This document shows, one piece after another, positions 32,115 to 44,270 of a DNA stretch of 57,921 nucleotides. Numbering within the stretch: position 1 is the stretch's first letter; every line of letters begins with the position of its first letter. Origin of the DNA: Catajapyx aquilonaris (Eukaryota); assembly GCA_000934665.2 (NCBI GenBank), contig KZ538626.1, positions 1 through 57,921 of the forward strand. The letters are read 5' to 3'. Both the position numbers and the translations under genes were made by a program. Below the pieces are notes generated by a model, which was not told where the DNA came from, ran no database searches, and worked only from the letters and a program-made list of their open reading frames with translations.

Positions 32115-34550
32115 CTTGATGCTTGGTCAGGTTAATGTCTGTTCCGATTCTTCATTGTCTTACCTCAACGTTTGCGAGGCTGAGGCTTCCACTGAGCGGT
32201 GCATTATCTGTAGCAGCTGGAACAAGAGAAGCCGGTGGAGTATCTGATGGGTGTGCTAAAAGTTCCGCCATAAAAAGATAAGAAAATCGGTGTGCAGGAG
32301 CAAATAAATACGAATAGTCAGTAGTTCAGAAATAGTTATTAATAAATATGTGCTCGATGTTATGGGATAATTTTGCTCGTATTTACATATTGATTCATAA
32401 TTATCATTTGCCTTGAGATCATCTCTGCAACACCTTGTCCTTTTCATCATACGCTCTACATATCAGTTGTGTTAAGCCTATGAATACAGAGACAGTTATG
32501 TAATATTATGATTATCATTGTGAAAGGAATGATAAGGCTGCTTATCACTATCCACATCCTTATTGCTGCCAACTATACGTTGTAACTCACCATTTTCCAG
32601 TTACAAATTGGGATAAAAACTATCCCATCTACATACACCTATTTATGTGCCCTCTGATGCCATCCACACCAGAGACGTTTTAAAATAGCCTGTGGACAAC
32701 CAGCCTGGAGGTTGCCTCCAGCAAAAGACCGATAATAATGACCGTGTTTAATTACCACCACTGCAGTCCCTCGCTAAAAATTCACACTCTCATGACAAGT
32801 AGGCAGCAGATCCAGCGAATTAGCTTTGTGCTCCTTCGTTTAACACTAACCGACAGGCGAATAAGTACTAGCAGGCGCCTAACCAATCGATAGTCCTTAT
32901 CCTACCTGTAATCAGCACCTATATACGCCCCAGGTAAAAAAAGTCATATCTTATGTTGTCTAAGACCACATTTGGGTCAGTCATTCCAGTTTGCGCTTGT
33001 GACACCCAAGTGACAGGGGCTTCATCTTGGTGCTGTCCGGATATCTTCATGTTTGTATGCTTCCGTATATAATTACGGGTTATCTAGCACTCACGGTATG
33101 GTGGCCCCACAAATCTGGATCATTTCTATGTCACTCAGCTATCCCCTCTCTGTTAGCACTAACTGTACAGTACTGTACCAGTGAATATTCAGTGAGTATC
33201 TCTTTAAAATAATATCATCTGCGGTTTCAATGGCTTAGTTTATTTACCTAGCACACTAGCACTTCATTAGTTTGATCACACTGTGTAACTTAAGGTCTTT
33301 TTTTCACATGCACTTTTGAACCGAATTGGCGCTGATTTGACAATTTAAAAAAATATATTGCGCGCGTCATAAATAGCACTTTTTTTTGCCATCGAATAAA
33401 AACTAACAAAAACAAACGCGGCCTGAATTGCTGGTTAAATACAGCACGAACAAGTGGGATTAGTTAGTGTGTATAGGGCATGTTAGTGTACGTATAAACA
33501 AAAGCGCGTGCATGTGAGTGTGAGAGAGTGTGTGAAGTGCGATGCATCATAACCTGCCCCCCCCCCCTCCCCACCCTATACCCTGCCCTGCCCTACCCTG
33601 CCTGCCTTTCATATTGCAAAACGCCGATGATGACGATAATAATAATTATTATTATCCCGATGGATGGAATCCTCCGCTACGTTGCACCCAATCCAATATC
33701 TATCATCATATACCGCAGCTCGATTGTTACGCTTTTTATCTCGTGTTTTAATGTGATAGATCATTATTTGCAGCTGTGGGTGGCTTGCAATGTGATAATG
33801 GGGCGGGACCATCATCATATTCTGTTGATGCAAGCGTTATGGATATCGCCCTCGGCTTACAAGAATTATTCGTCCGCCGATTGATTGGTTGGGGGGTGGA
33901 GGGGGTGGAAGGGTGGGGGGTATATATATGATGGGTATGGTGGGGAGGGGGGGGGACACCAAGGGATATCTCTGGCTTTTTTGTCTATACCCTCCGTCGG
34001 TTTTTGGGTGTGAATCAACATTTGCTTATTGTTGGCAGCCCGTAATCTGCCAATTGTACTTTCCGCTTTGCTTTTGGAATGTATTATTCCACTGCACAGA
34101 AACGGTGACAAATGTCCATTGATAACGGTCTCATTCAAATCCTTTCGGATTTGAAAATTTGATACATAAAAGCTATTATGTGCTAAGTATCACCTCGGAT
34201 AAACATAATGTTTGTTCAAAAAGTATTGCGGGATTGGGGCATGTACCATGCATGATGCTGAGCCTCCCCGAATCATCATGTTGCAAAGGACGAATTTTCA
34301 TTATGGCTCTAAAAGTGTAGGCCTATATACCGACCCATGCATTACGGTGCTGGTCTATACGCACAGATACCGATACTGCTCGTCGAGCTGCAGCTGCAGG
34401 TGCGACCTTTTTGGTAGGATGACAGTTACATTTTCTGTTAAGCAGTATTTGATTCAGCGTTATATAGGACTAGTTTTTTCGGTACCCACAGGAAATAAAA
34501 GCTCAAAAGAGTCGATATCATTATGTTCTCTCATGTAACTATGTAGGTGT

Positions 34551-34692
34551 AGTGCGGAAAACCAAACGACGATCTGACGTCATCGTTTCTTACATTGTTT
34601 CTTTTTGTTGACACTGCTTACTCATATTGTTCTGTGAGGGTATTTCCATGGAAATCTTGATGACGTCAGATCGTTGTTTAGTTTTTCGCACT
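34551..34692. mobile_element. Small inverted-repeat (MITE-like) element
   Basis: 34-bp arms AGTGCGGAAAACCAAACGACGATCTGACGTCATC / GATGACGTCAGATCGTTGTTTAGTTTTTCGCACT with 3 mismatches. No clear TSD. Confidence 0.6.
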
Positions 34693-37600
34693 TTATGTTG
34701 GGTGCATCCGGCTCAAAAGGCTTTAAAAAGTGGATATGTCGCCTGGTGACACTATCTTTCTGTACGTGGATGTGTAATTTTCAGAACGATCAGAAGCTCA
34801 TTTTGGAATTCAGACCTATTCACAGCGGCCTTTTCTTTTCCCAAACAAGCTTTATCAGTTTTCAAATGTTACTTAATATTGTTAAGAGAAACTTTAGATT
34901 CTCGCTTGATTATACAAAGTAAATGTGATCCACCATCAGGCATTCTCTAATAGGTACTGTACTGTAATGCTTACTTCCTGATGATCAAGTCAGTATTCTG
35001 ACAGGAGAATTTACACTCCTATATTAACAGGTTTTTCACACAAATCGAACTTCCAGTTCAATATTGAAATAGGCCGTTTTGTATTCTACGGGATTGTATC
35101 CTAAGAGACACTCGAAGGAAGAAGTTATGTCGTCCGTATTACTAGTATATACAGTATAGTATACTGTATACCATGCACGCAGGACCATCTGTAGAAACAG
35201 AAGACGACTCCTGGCAATCTGCAGGCGGGATATTTGGTACAGCACCTTTTTATTTGGGAACTTGAGTGTCGCCCTCTGCATCAGTGTTCTGAGGCTTTCA
35301 GTTAGCACTATTGTTGTTGATTATGTGGTAACTGTGTTTGTTGATTTTGTGCGTGTGGTTCAGGACAAAGGCGGACAATGGTTCAGGGCGACCCTTACGT
35401 ATGATACAGTAGTTCGTGTGTTCAGGCTGTCGCCACCTGTTTCATCTGATTGCACCCTCATTTTCCCCATTCTTGTTGCCCTGTTCAATGCAGACGGCCT
35501 AACTCCACCTCTTTATACATTGTGAAAATTTATTAATCTCGTCAATGAAAAGACAAGGCCACCTCTTCATAATTATTCATGTACTCTATTACATTTACAG
35601 CTTAAAGTACAACAATGTGACTCCAGATGACAGCCAAACAAGCCGCGCTTGTCCATAAAGTGTACAGTAGCAACAACCAGGAATGCGTGCAATTGGCCGC
35701 GTCCTCTGCGACATGGAGGGTGTCAATGTTCCCGCTCATGCGTTTTATATTCTATCCGGATTTGAAAGTATTGCAAGTCCGACCGAGAGGTAGACCACTA
35801 AGTCCATTGCACACCAAACCCGAACCCTGGATTTTGTCCCAAGGTACCTATTGGTGCAAAATCTGTTGCACAGGTGGATGACTGACGACTGAGGGGCCTA
35901 TCTGTCATATGTTTAAATTTCTCTGCAGTCCTATATGAAATATTACAGGAAGTCTACCTTGCCTGATTAGATATTATCTTGATATGATACAGAATTTCTT
36001 CAGAGTGCTTAGTGTTTCCTATACTATACATGTAATCCTGGAATATTGCGCATTCAGCTTGTGATAAATAATAATCGTGGTAGGCGAGGTGAGGGAAGAA
36101 CATTTAGGTAGACATACATGATTAATATTTAACCACTGAGCATTTCACAGGGTCACTGACATTCTGATAACATTTCTGATGTGCATGTAAGTCTCACTCC
36201 TGTGAGAGGAGGAATGCATATCCGGAGCTGCATGCACATTCCAGAGTACACACTGAGCTACACACTACGCAGAATCCCAATAAGCAATGCAGGGAGACAC
36301 ATAGACAGACTTGGGCAATGCAATAATTCATTGGAATCAAGAAAACAACGTTGCAACATCGAGACGCAATCCATGATTATCAACCTTATCAACCGGAGGA
36401 GGAGATCTAGTTGTTCGACCCCTATTTCCGGAAGCACACCCACACGCCCTAAAGAGGGAGATAAATTGCTATGATGTGAGAGTCACACGATCGCAGCCAT
36501 CTTGGTCCAGGGATGCCAACACGCTGCCTCCAATCAATACCCGAGCACTGCCGGATTAAAATAATAATACATTCGTGTCCAGCAGGGGACAAAACGAAGG
36601 GCTGTGACATGCAGTGAGTAGACAAAGTGTTTTGTAGACATGAGATAGTTAGTGGCTGGTATGTGTATGTTGGATACAGTGCAATTCCGGATAAAAAAGT
36701 GAGTTCACTCCAGGTCCCCTCCCTGCTCTTCTCTCGCGGGATGTTTGAGCATCGTCGTTATTGGCATCCTCGCATGGTCCGGATATACAGAGGAATGAAA
36801 AATCTTCCGTGAAATATTTGATGACTATATAATTATACGGTACCCACATCTAGAGAAGTGAATTAGCATAAAATTGAGCCCTGATTCACGTCTTAATGAC
36901 ACCTCCATGTTTCCTTAAAATATTCGGAGTTAGAAGTTTAATGCCTGATCGACGACTTGGTCTTACCTTATGTGTGACTGCCTGGGACAGGAGAGACCAG
37001 TGACACTCAGCAGAGATAAGGAAAGTAACTTATCGGGTGTGTGGGAAGTGTATAGCACACCCAAAGCTGATACTGATGCTTGTTAAGTTTCCTACTTGAT
37101 AGTACGAGCCCAGATGTGATTCTTTGAAGGATTTTCCATCTTTAAAAGTTTCTTCTGGGATTGTATGCTAAAATATTGTGTGGCAACAACTAAAAAATAG
37201 AAAAGTCACGGTTGCTTGGAGTTGGAGGGATGCATACCTGCTAGGATACCAAATGACCCCTCTACACGAAGTGATCCTCTGGTTAACACCCTCAGTTTTG
37301 TGCAATAAGTTTATATGGTCGTTAAAATGCGCCTTGAACAAGCTGGCAACAATGCGCTCCTTTTCTTCCACCAATTAGAGAGTTGATGCTCTTCAGTTGA
37401 TTACGACTGATTGACGTAACCGTTATGCGTGCGGGGTTATTGTTGCCCCATCGCATCGGTGTGAAGTGCTCTCATCACAGGGTAATTACTTCAGCTGTGA
37501 TGCAAATTATTGCTTTACGAGTGTCGTTAGCGCGTGGAAAAGTTGGATTTAAGTAGAGGTGATAGGGGTCTCAAGGACAGAAAAAATGGTCGTTATATTT

Positions 37601-37771
37601 TGCTGAAGTTGTTGAGTTGTGCTCAATCGTTATTTTTAAAGGGTGATATATGATTAAATGGCTTGTGTTAAATAGCATGTGACTGCGATTTAAAAATTGC
37701 AATGATTAAGCGGAGAGTTAAATTGGGACCTTATAGGCTTCAGTGTAGGCAAGTGTACTGCGGGAAATGCC

Positions 37772-37850
<79 letters not shown>

Positions 37851-38200
37851 TACGTTACCCCGTGATAGGGCCGGAGGCCCTTATAGGGGGGGTGGAATAC
37901 CACCATTTCTCCTTCAATTTTCTGATTTTTCTTCTAACTCCGGTGCAAGGATGAAAGGACATGGGGGGGGGGGGGGGGTATAAGGATGGGGATTTTTTTG
38001 GGAGGGAACATGGGTGCAAGTGCAATGTCTGATATGGGGTCATGTGCTGTTCCCCAGGAGGTTAGGTTGCCAGACACCTCCAAGGTGCAAGTCGGAGACC
38101 CTCCCGACGCAGGTGAAAGGGAACTCTCAGGCGTGGATCGAACCTGGGACCTTCCACTCAGGAAGCCGAGACGTTACCATCTCGGCCACCACACCTCCCC
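37772..38200 (-). mobile_element. tRNA-derived SINE with trinucleotide tail
   Basis: Minus-strand head with A box TGGCCGAGATGG and B box GGTTCGATCC (38200-38130). The 3' end CCTATCACGGGGTA is followed by a (TAA)n tail at 37850-37772 (about 26 units). Confidence 0.75.
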
Positions 38201-39169
38201 GTATTGGCTCATATAACCTGAGAATATACTTTTCAAAGATTCTACTCTAAACTCATAAGCCTAAAGTAACCTTCCAAATAATAAATATACTATGGTTCTG
38301 CTGATTCCGTGAACAAATACACGTGCATTCCAAACATTGTTTTGAAATTCGCCCCTTCCTCTATAGTATACTAGTCTATTGGTTCAATCAATTGAAGTGC
38401 CAATTTCCACTTGCGGTGTTTCGCAATAATCGCCTTATACTATTAATTTTTGGAACTGGGTGTCAAAAATATTGCCTTCTAATAACAAGTTGAATTATAA
38501 CATCAATTCTGACCCTCAATCACAATTAATTTTCGATATGAATGTGTGACCTTTGACCCATTGCGAAGGTTACATTCTACTATAGTGTTTGACATAGTGA
38601 CTGCCGCTGTTCTGTACGTACTGAATTAAATATTCCATTCATGAGCACTCCTATTCCATTCTTCATTGAATGGCGCGCATCACTGATTAATAAGGATGCG
38701 GATACTCTAATATAACCGTTTGATTTTTGATAGTTCTTCGAAGTGCTTAATAATTAATAAGCAGAATAACAGTAAATGAGACCATCACTTCAATATAAAC
38801 CATACTTGCCATATGTTCATTTGGAGCTGCATAGTTAAAACGATTGCAGCTCAGTGACTTGACGCCAAATAACTTCAGTAATAATAACCAGTATAACAAG
38901 TATAACCAGGTTATAAGCTTCATTTATGGAAGTCTAACATTGTTTTTAATACACTGGATATTTTAATACACTTTTAAAATACTTTTAATACTTTTAGCCT
39001 GCGCCACTACTTCACAGTGGTGTCCAGTTGAATATCGCGGACTTTTTAAAAAGGTAAGTGGGGATGTGCAGAACGTCAACGCTATTTTAGATGAGCAAAA
39101 TTTCGTGTAGGCTTGGCCTCTATACCTTCCTGTATCTTTCACCTCTCTTCTTAATCTCTCATATTTTAT

Positions 39170-39245
39170 GGAGAAAAAAATCGCTACTATCCGGGCTCGA
39201 ACGTGGGCCCTTACAATTAGCAGGAGACGACGCTAACCATTCGTA
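39170..39245 (-). mobile_element. Degenerate tRNA-like (SINE head) fragment
   Basis: Minus strand AATGGTTAGCG...GTTCGAGCCC gives A/B-box-like motifs. No complete cloverleaf. Confidence 0.35.
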
Positions 39246-40580
39246 CATTTTTAGACGCTTGGTATTTCTTAAAAACTTGATTGCATTTTTGAATATTTTA
39301 ATATGGAATTTAAAAGGATTCACAATTAACCTTCCGGCGATTTAAAACGCGGATTTGAAATACCCAGGAGCTTCCTAGAAAATGTTCAGTCATAGTCAAG
39401 TAATACTAGTCGCATAACATTATTATTGGGAAATGACAATAACCCTGTAATTATGATCACAATCATTTTGAGTCAGCACATCAACCAAGACTGTTATTTT
39501 CATATATTGTAGTTATCTCGAAAAATTTCATTTACATATCACAATATTAATCAGACAAATGAAATAAAACACTACTGAAAATACGACTAGCAATACCAAA
39601 CATGGTAATCAATCACAACCTTTTAACCATCTGATGAGAAAATAAGGAATGTGGTGAGAAAGGCGGGTAATTGAATTTTTGTTACGTAACTGTACTGACA
39701 GTACTGGCAATTAATTTATTTTGACAGGCAGGCAGAGTAAGGAAATGCATGCACATGGCCCTGTAAACAATAACATTTTGAGAGCCAGCCCCAGGTAATC
39801 CGGAATCTAGAAACTAAAGTGACTTACACTCATTTATGCATATGGATAACCATTTTTGAAAAGGACATAGCTCCTACAGTATGTATAGTCTATAAGTACC
39901 AATACATTATACCTATACACTATAAGTAGGTCTACATAATTATGTACACTAAAGGAAGGGAAGCGCATAAAGGTAGCCTTTCTATCCATCCATCCTGTGA
40001 TGCTCCTCCACAGCAACCTTTGCAGCAACCAGCTTCCATCACCCTGTTCCTGTGCATGCAAGTGCAACCCCAGGAGCAAGATCAGACCAAGCGATGAGCC
40101 AAGCATGAAATCTCCTGCCCGTGGCCAGCCTGCCCCACCATTTAGTCTTGATAGACGCCGGATGGTAGGCAAGTGGGAGTGGGCTGGAGAGTAAATCCAA
40201 GCTCCCCGAGTTAATTCCCAAGAAAGGGCGGCTGGGAGAGATTCATCCCAAGCTGGGCTCCCATAAAGTGTCAACAACAAGGCGACGCTCCTCCTATAGC
40301 CCCCACCAAACTTTTCAAATTAAAATCCCCCCCCCCCCNCCCACTTCCCATCCTCCCAAGTCTCGAGCCCAGGCCGAACTTCATCATCATTCTCCGTCCG
40401 TCAAGGGACTGACACCGCCCTTTTACGTGCCGCCATTATCTCCATGAAAATCCTTCCTGACTTTCTTATTACGCCTCTACTTCGCACCACAGGCGTCCGA
40501 AAAGCGTGCACGCAGCCTCGCCAGGACACAATACCGAAGGTTACAAGTTAAGGACGGTAACATTTAAAATATATTAATAA

Positions 40581-40915
40581 CTAGTAGGATGCCCGGAGTT
40601 GCTCGGGTTATGAAATACTTTCCATAGGAGTAACTCATTGATTTGGTAGTTACCTTTGCAATAATTATGGATATACAATGTTGGCATATGGAGCATATTG
40701 CATATGCATGAAGTCCAAACCACACACGGGGTTCCTGCTTTTCTGCCTTTTCGCTTCCTGCGGCCAAAGATGACCTCAAAGGTCAAATCCAATGCGCTAA
40801 AAACCTTCCGCGTTAAAAACTACCCCTAATGATTCCACTGGGGCATATGTCGAGGCGTCCGTATTGATTTGCATCGGGAACGTACAGATACATACGTTGT
40901 GAAATATGTATAAGA
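40581..40915 (-). mobile_element. Non-autonomous Helitron
   Basis: On the minus strand the element begins A|TC (40915) and ends CTAG|T (40581). GC hairpin CCCGAGCAACTCCGGG lies about 10 nt before the end. No TSD. Confidence 0.7.
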
Positions 40916-43848
40916 TATAAGAATTAACTTAGAAATTCCAAAATAACTAATACATTTTCTTAGGGTATCAGGTGGTAAGTAACATGCCTTGTTATTGTGT
41001 AATGACCTACTTGTGCTAATTGCCCAGCATGTTTTTAATTAGCGATTCGTGTAATGGGTGATTTGTCAATTGGTACAGTTTTTTTTTTTTCTCTCTCTCT
41101 CTCTCTCTCTCCCTCTCCAGGAGAATAGGGCTTGGAGTACTGTGTTGTTCGGATGCAGCCGGGCTTTTGTTTTCGGTGGCAAATTGGGGAAAAAGCGAGT
41201 CGGTGCGGGGGCCATTCCGCAAATTGAGTCTTCCCTCCCTCCCTCCTCCTCCTCCTCCTTCCCTCCCTTTTCTCTCTCGGAGTCGACTTTACAAAACTTC
41301 CTCCATTCCCGTAATCGACGCGGTTGGAGCCAAAACCCTTTGGGGATTCACAAGGCTTCCTCTTTTCCTCTGGTTATATGCCACCACAATACATGCCTCC
41401 ATATGCAACATATAGAACAACTTCTCTAGCAACCTTCCTAGCAACCCGTTTCCTTCCCCAGCTCCAACACGGGCAGAGGTTCCCCCAAGAGAGCGCGCGT
41501 AAAACGAGCGGGAGGATAATTCGGCGGCGCGTTAATTGGAAATTATGAGGGCCGCCAGCTCATTAGGCCTAATGACAATGGCCCGCTCGCCCAATTACCT
41601 GCTGTCCGCCGACAGCCAATCGCAGCCACTCTCTATATACCGGGGGTCCCTGGGATTGCGGCTTTTCTCTCTCTTTGTATACTGTACTGTAGGGTGGGGC
41701 ACCACCACTAGAACCACCGAGTGTAAAATAAACAGGGCTTCATATTGTAGGACGTACCTTGACTCATTTGCTAATGAATGTCTGATTAGAATAAGATGGA
41801 GGGGTTCAATTCCGAGTGGCTTCCTTCCATCTTTTTACTTGTAAGGGTCCCAGACGCAAAAGCCATTAGTAGGAAATGGCTTCTGCTACTTAGTTGGTTG
41901 GTTAGTTAGTTAGCGTAACTCTGCCCACCGCCCACCAATTTGAGACCAAATTGGACACGTGGAGCGGCTTCAAGATGGAGAGCTCATTTCCTGGGGTCCC
42001 GAGTTTCTTGGAGGGAGAGAATTATACATACAAAGTGGTCTACACTTCCTGAAATTTTTATGGAGACACTTGACAAAGTTGCTCTTCTGCGATGGGTCTG
42101 AGGTCATGGGGTAATATTTGTGGCATTGTCGATTGCGGATGGACATGTTCCCAGATGGGTTCGATCTGTGAATCAGCCAGAAGTCTCAACAATAGGGGAT
42201 GGGGGAGAAGACTGGCTCTTTGTTTCAGTGACGTCACAAGTGGAGCTGGATGGAGGGGGATGATGGTGGAGGTGTAGGGTAGATGGGGGTATGTGATGGA
42301 AAGTCCCCTGGAGCCCTGCATGCAGGCCTGGCGCTCATTATCAATCTAATGGAGGCCATCATTACCCAAGCCCGCGACAAATGCCCCGCGCTAACTCCTC
42401 CCTTGGGAAGTCGCCATTTCGTTTTTATCCCCCCCCCCCCCCCCACCTCCACCACCACCACTTTATTACCCCTACCATTCTCTCTGTTACAAGTGGGGGA
42501 GGGGGAGGGGATGAGGTTGGAATTAACAAGTGTTATTATCTCACTAAGTGCGGCCTGCCACCAATCAAGGCAGTTCACCACTGGCCAGCTCTTACTCTGC
42601 AACCTTTACATTGCAGGTGGGGCGGCCATGGCTTTCCCCGGATGGGTGCAAATTAATTTCTGGTTGATCTGCACGTGGTTGCACATGCCTGAAACTGAGC
42701 CTTGATGGTACCAAAAATAATTAAATGAAGAGCCTTGGGCGACTGCTTCTGGCCGACTAACTAAGGACGGAGGGTCGTTAAGTCAGGGGTCTAACTTGCT
42801 GCTTTGCCAGAGTTGAGGGGTAAATTACCACAACAGCCCCGGCTAGGGAATGCTGTTTGTTAAGTGGAGGAATGGTCCCGACTCACACGCAGCCAACTTC
42901 AACTTAAATTGGTTGACTCGAAAGTCCCCCCTTTGGTATTCATAGGTATCAGGCACCAACTTGGACCTGTTTAGTTCAGAGTTTCTCTCTTCAGCGTGTC
43001 GTGAATTTTTATTGCACACATCTCCATTCGCATTACATGTTACTGATGCTGTTGCATCAGTTTATAAGTATGGTTTAAAATGAGGTTTGGGTTGTGATAT
43101 TCATGTCGTCTGGCAGTGTAGCTGCAACAGCACAAGAAGAACGACCTTTGCAGCATCCTCTTGCTAATTACTACTTCATAATGCTCTTGGCTTCACTTTT
43201 TTAGGACCTGCCGCACACATTTGAAGATTGCATGATCTCGTTGCGCAGCTCATCCACATAACCTGCACAAGGCACAAGTCCCACGATTATCATCCCCTCA
43301 GCAATAACTCAAAAAAAGGTAGCCCACATTTGGAAAAATAAAAGGGCATGCAGTATGTGTTCCATCCAGGGAGCAACCAAACACGTGCCCAAGTGCACAA
43401 TAACACAGGGAAAACTCTTCATTTTGCCCCAACTGCCTCCAAACAGCAGACGGCAAGCTCCAATTAATATGAAAATTAATGCCCGGGATGTATGGTAAAA
43501 AAGTGTGCAAGTTTATGTTAGAGGATCTCATTAGCCTTGGCCTCACCCTTAGAGGAGGAGGGTGGGGGCATCACTCTCCTGTGTATCATTTCTGCACATG
43601 ATTTACTAATGCTTGCCCCTGGTGAACCAGAACATTAATAATTTGCGTTCAGTGATTGTGCAATATAACATATTATTGCATCCACGTAATAATTGTTCCT
43701 CCTCCCCTGACTCCCCGACTCCCTCGCACAATTACATAAATTTACATTAAAACAAGTGCAGAAAGTCTGGAATTGATCACCACACACTTCAAATAATGGT
43801 GTACTACCACAGTCACTGGAGAACAAAGTTCCATCATGAGCAGGTTCA

Positions 43849-43919
43849 ACAAGGTGATGGGTGATGTCTCAGCTACTACATGTCACATGTTGGAGCTGAG
43901 ACATCACCCATCACCTTGT
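43849..43919. repeat. 71-nt near-perfect palindrome
   Basis: Perfect 26-bp arms at 43849-43874/43894-43919, continued inward by ACATGT-C-ACATGT. Confidence 0.92.
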
Positions 43920-44270
43920 GGAATGCACTAATCACGGAATGCTTGCATCTTGTGGCCACTATGGGAAAAAATAGCCTTGTTCCCTGGAAGGAGCACTAAT
44001 GTGGACGCTGGTGGAGTGGAAGCAAGTGCAATCGCGACTTGATGTTTTTCATGACACTGTAATTTAGGCTTTGGCCAAGTGGCATGCACATGCTGCCTAT
44101 AACCCTGCTCTGGGGATTAAGGCAGATCCCACCCACTGCCACATCTGAATCCCACCCACTCTGGATCCCCCATTGCAATAACAGAGCATGACATGAAGCT
44201 CAGAGAAACTAAGAGTAGTTGTCATACAATATGTCATGCCAACTGTGTCTTTATGAGCCTCACATTGCAC

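Noticed and set aside
37702..37983. ORF with a poly-Leu 'transmembrane' run
   Set aside because: It is a translation of the (TTA)n SINE tail microsatellite.
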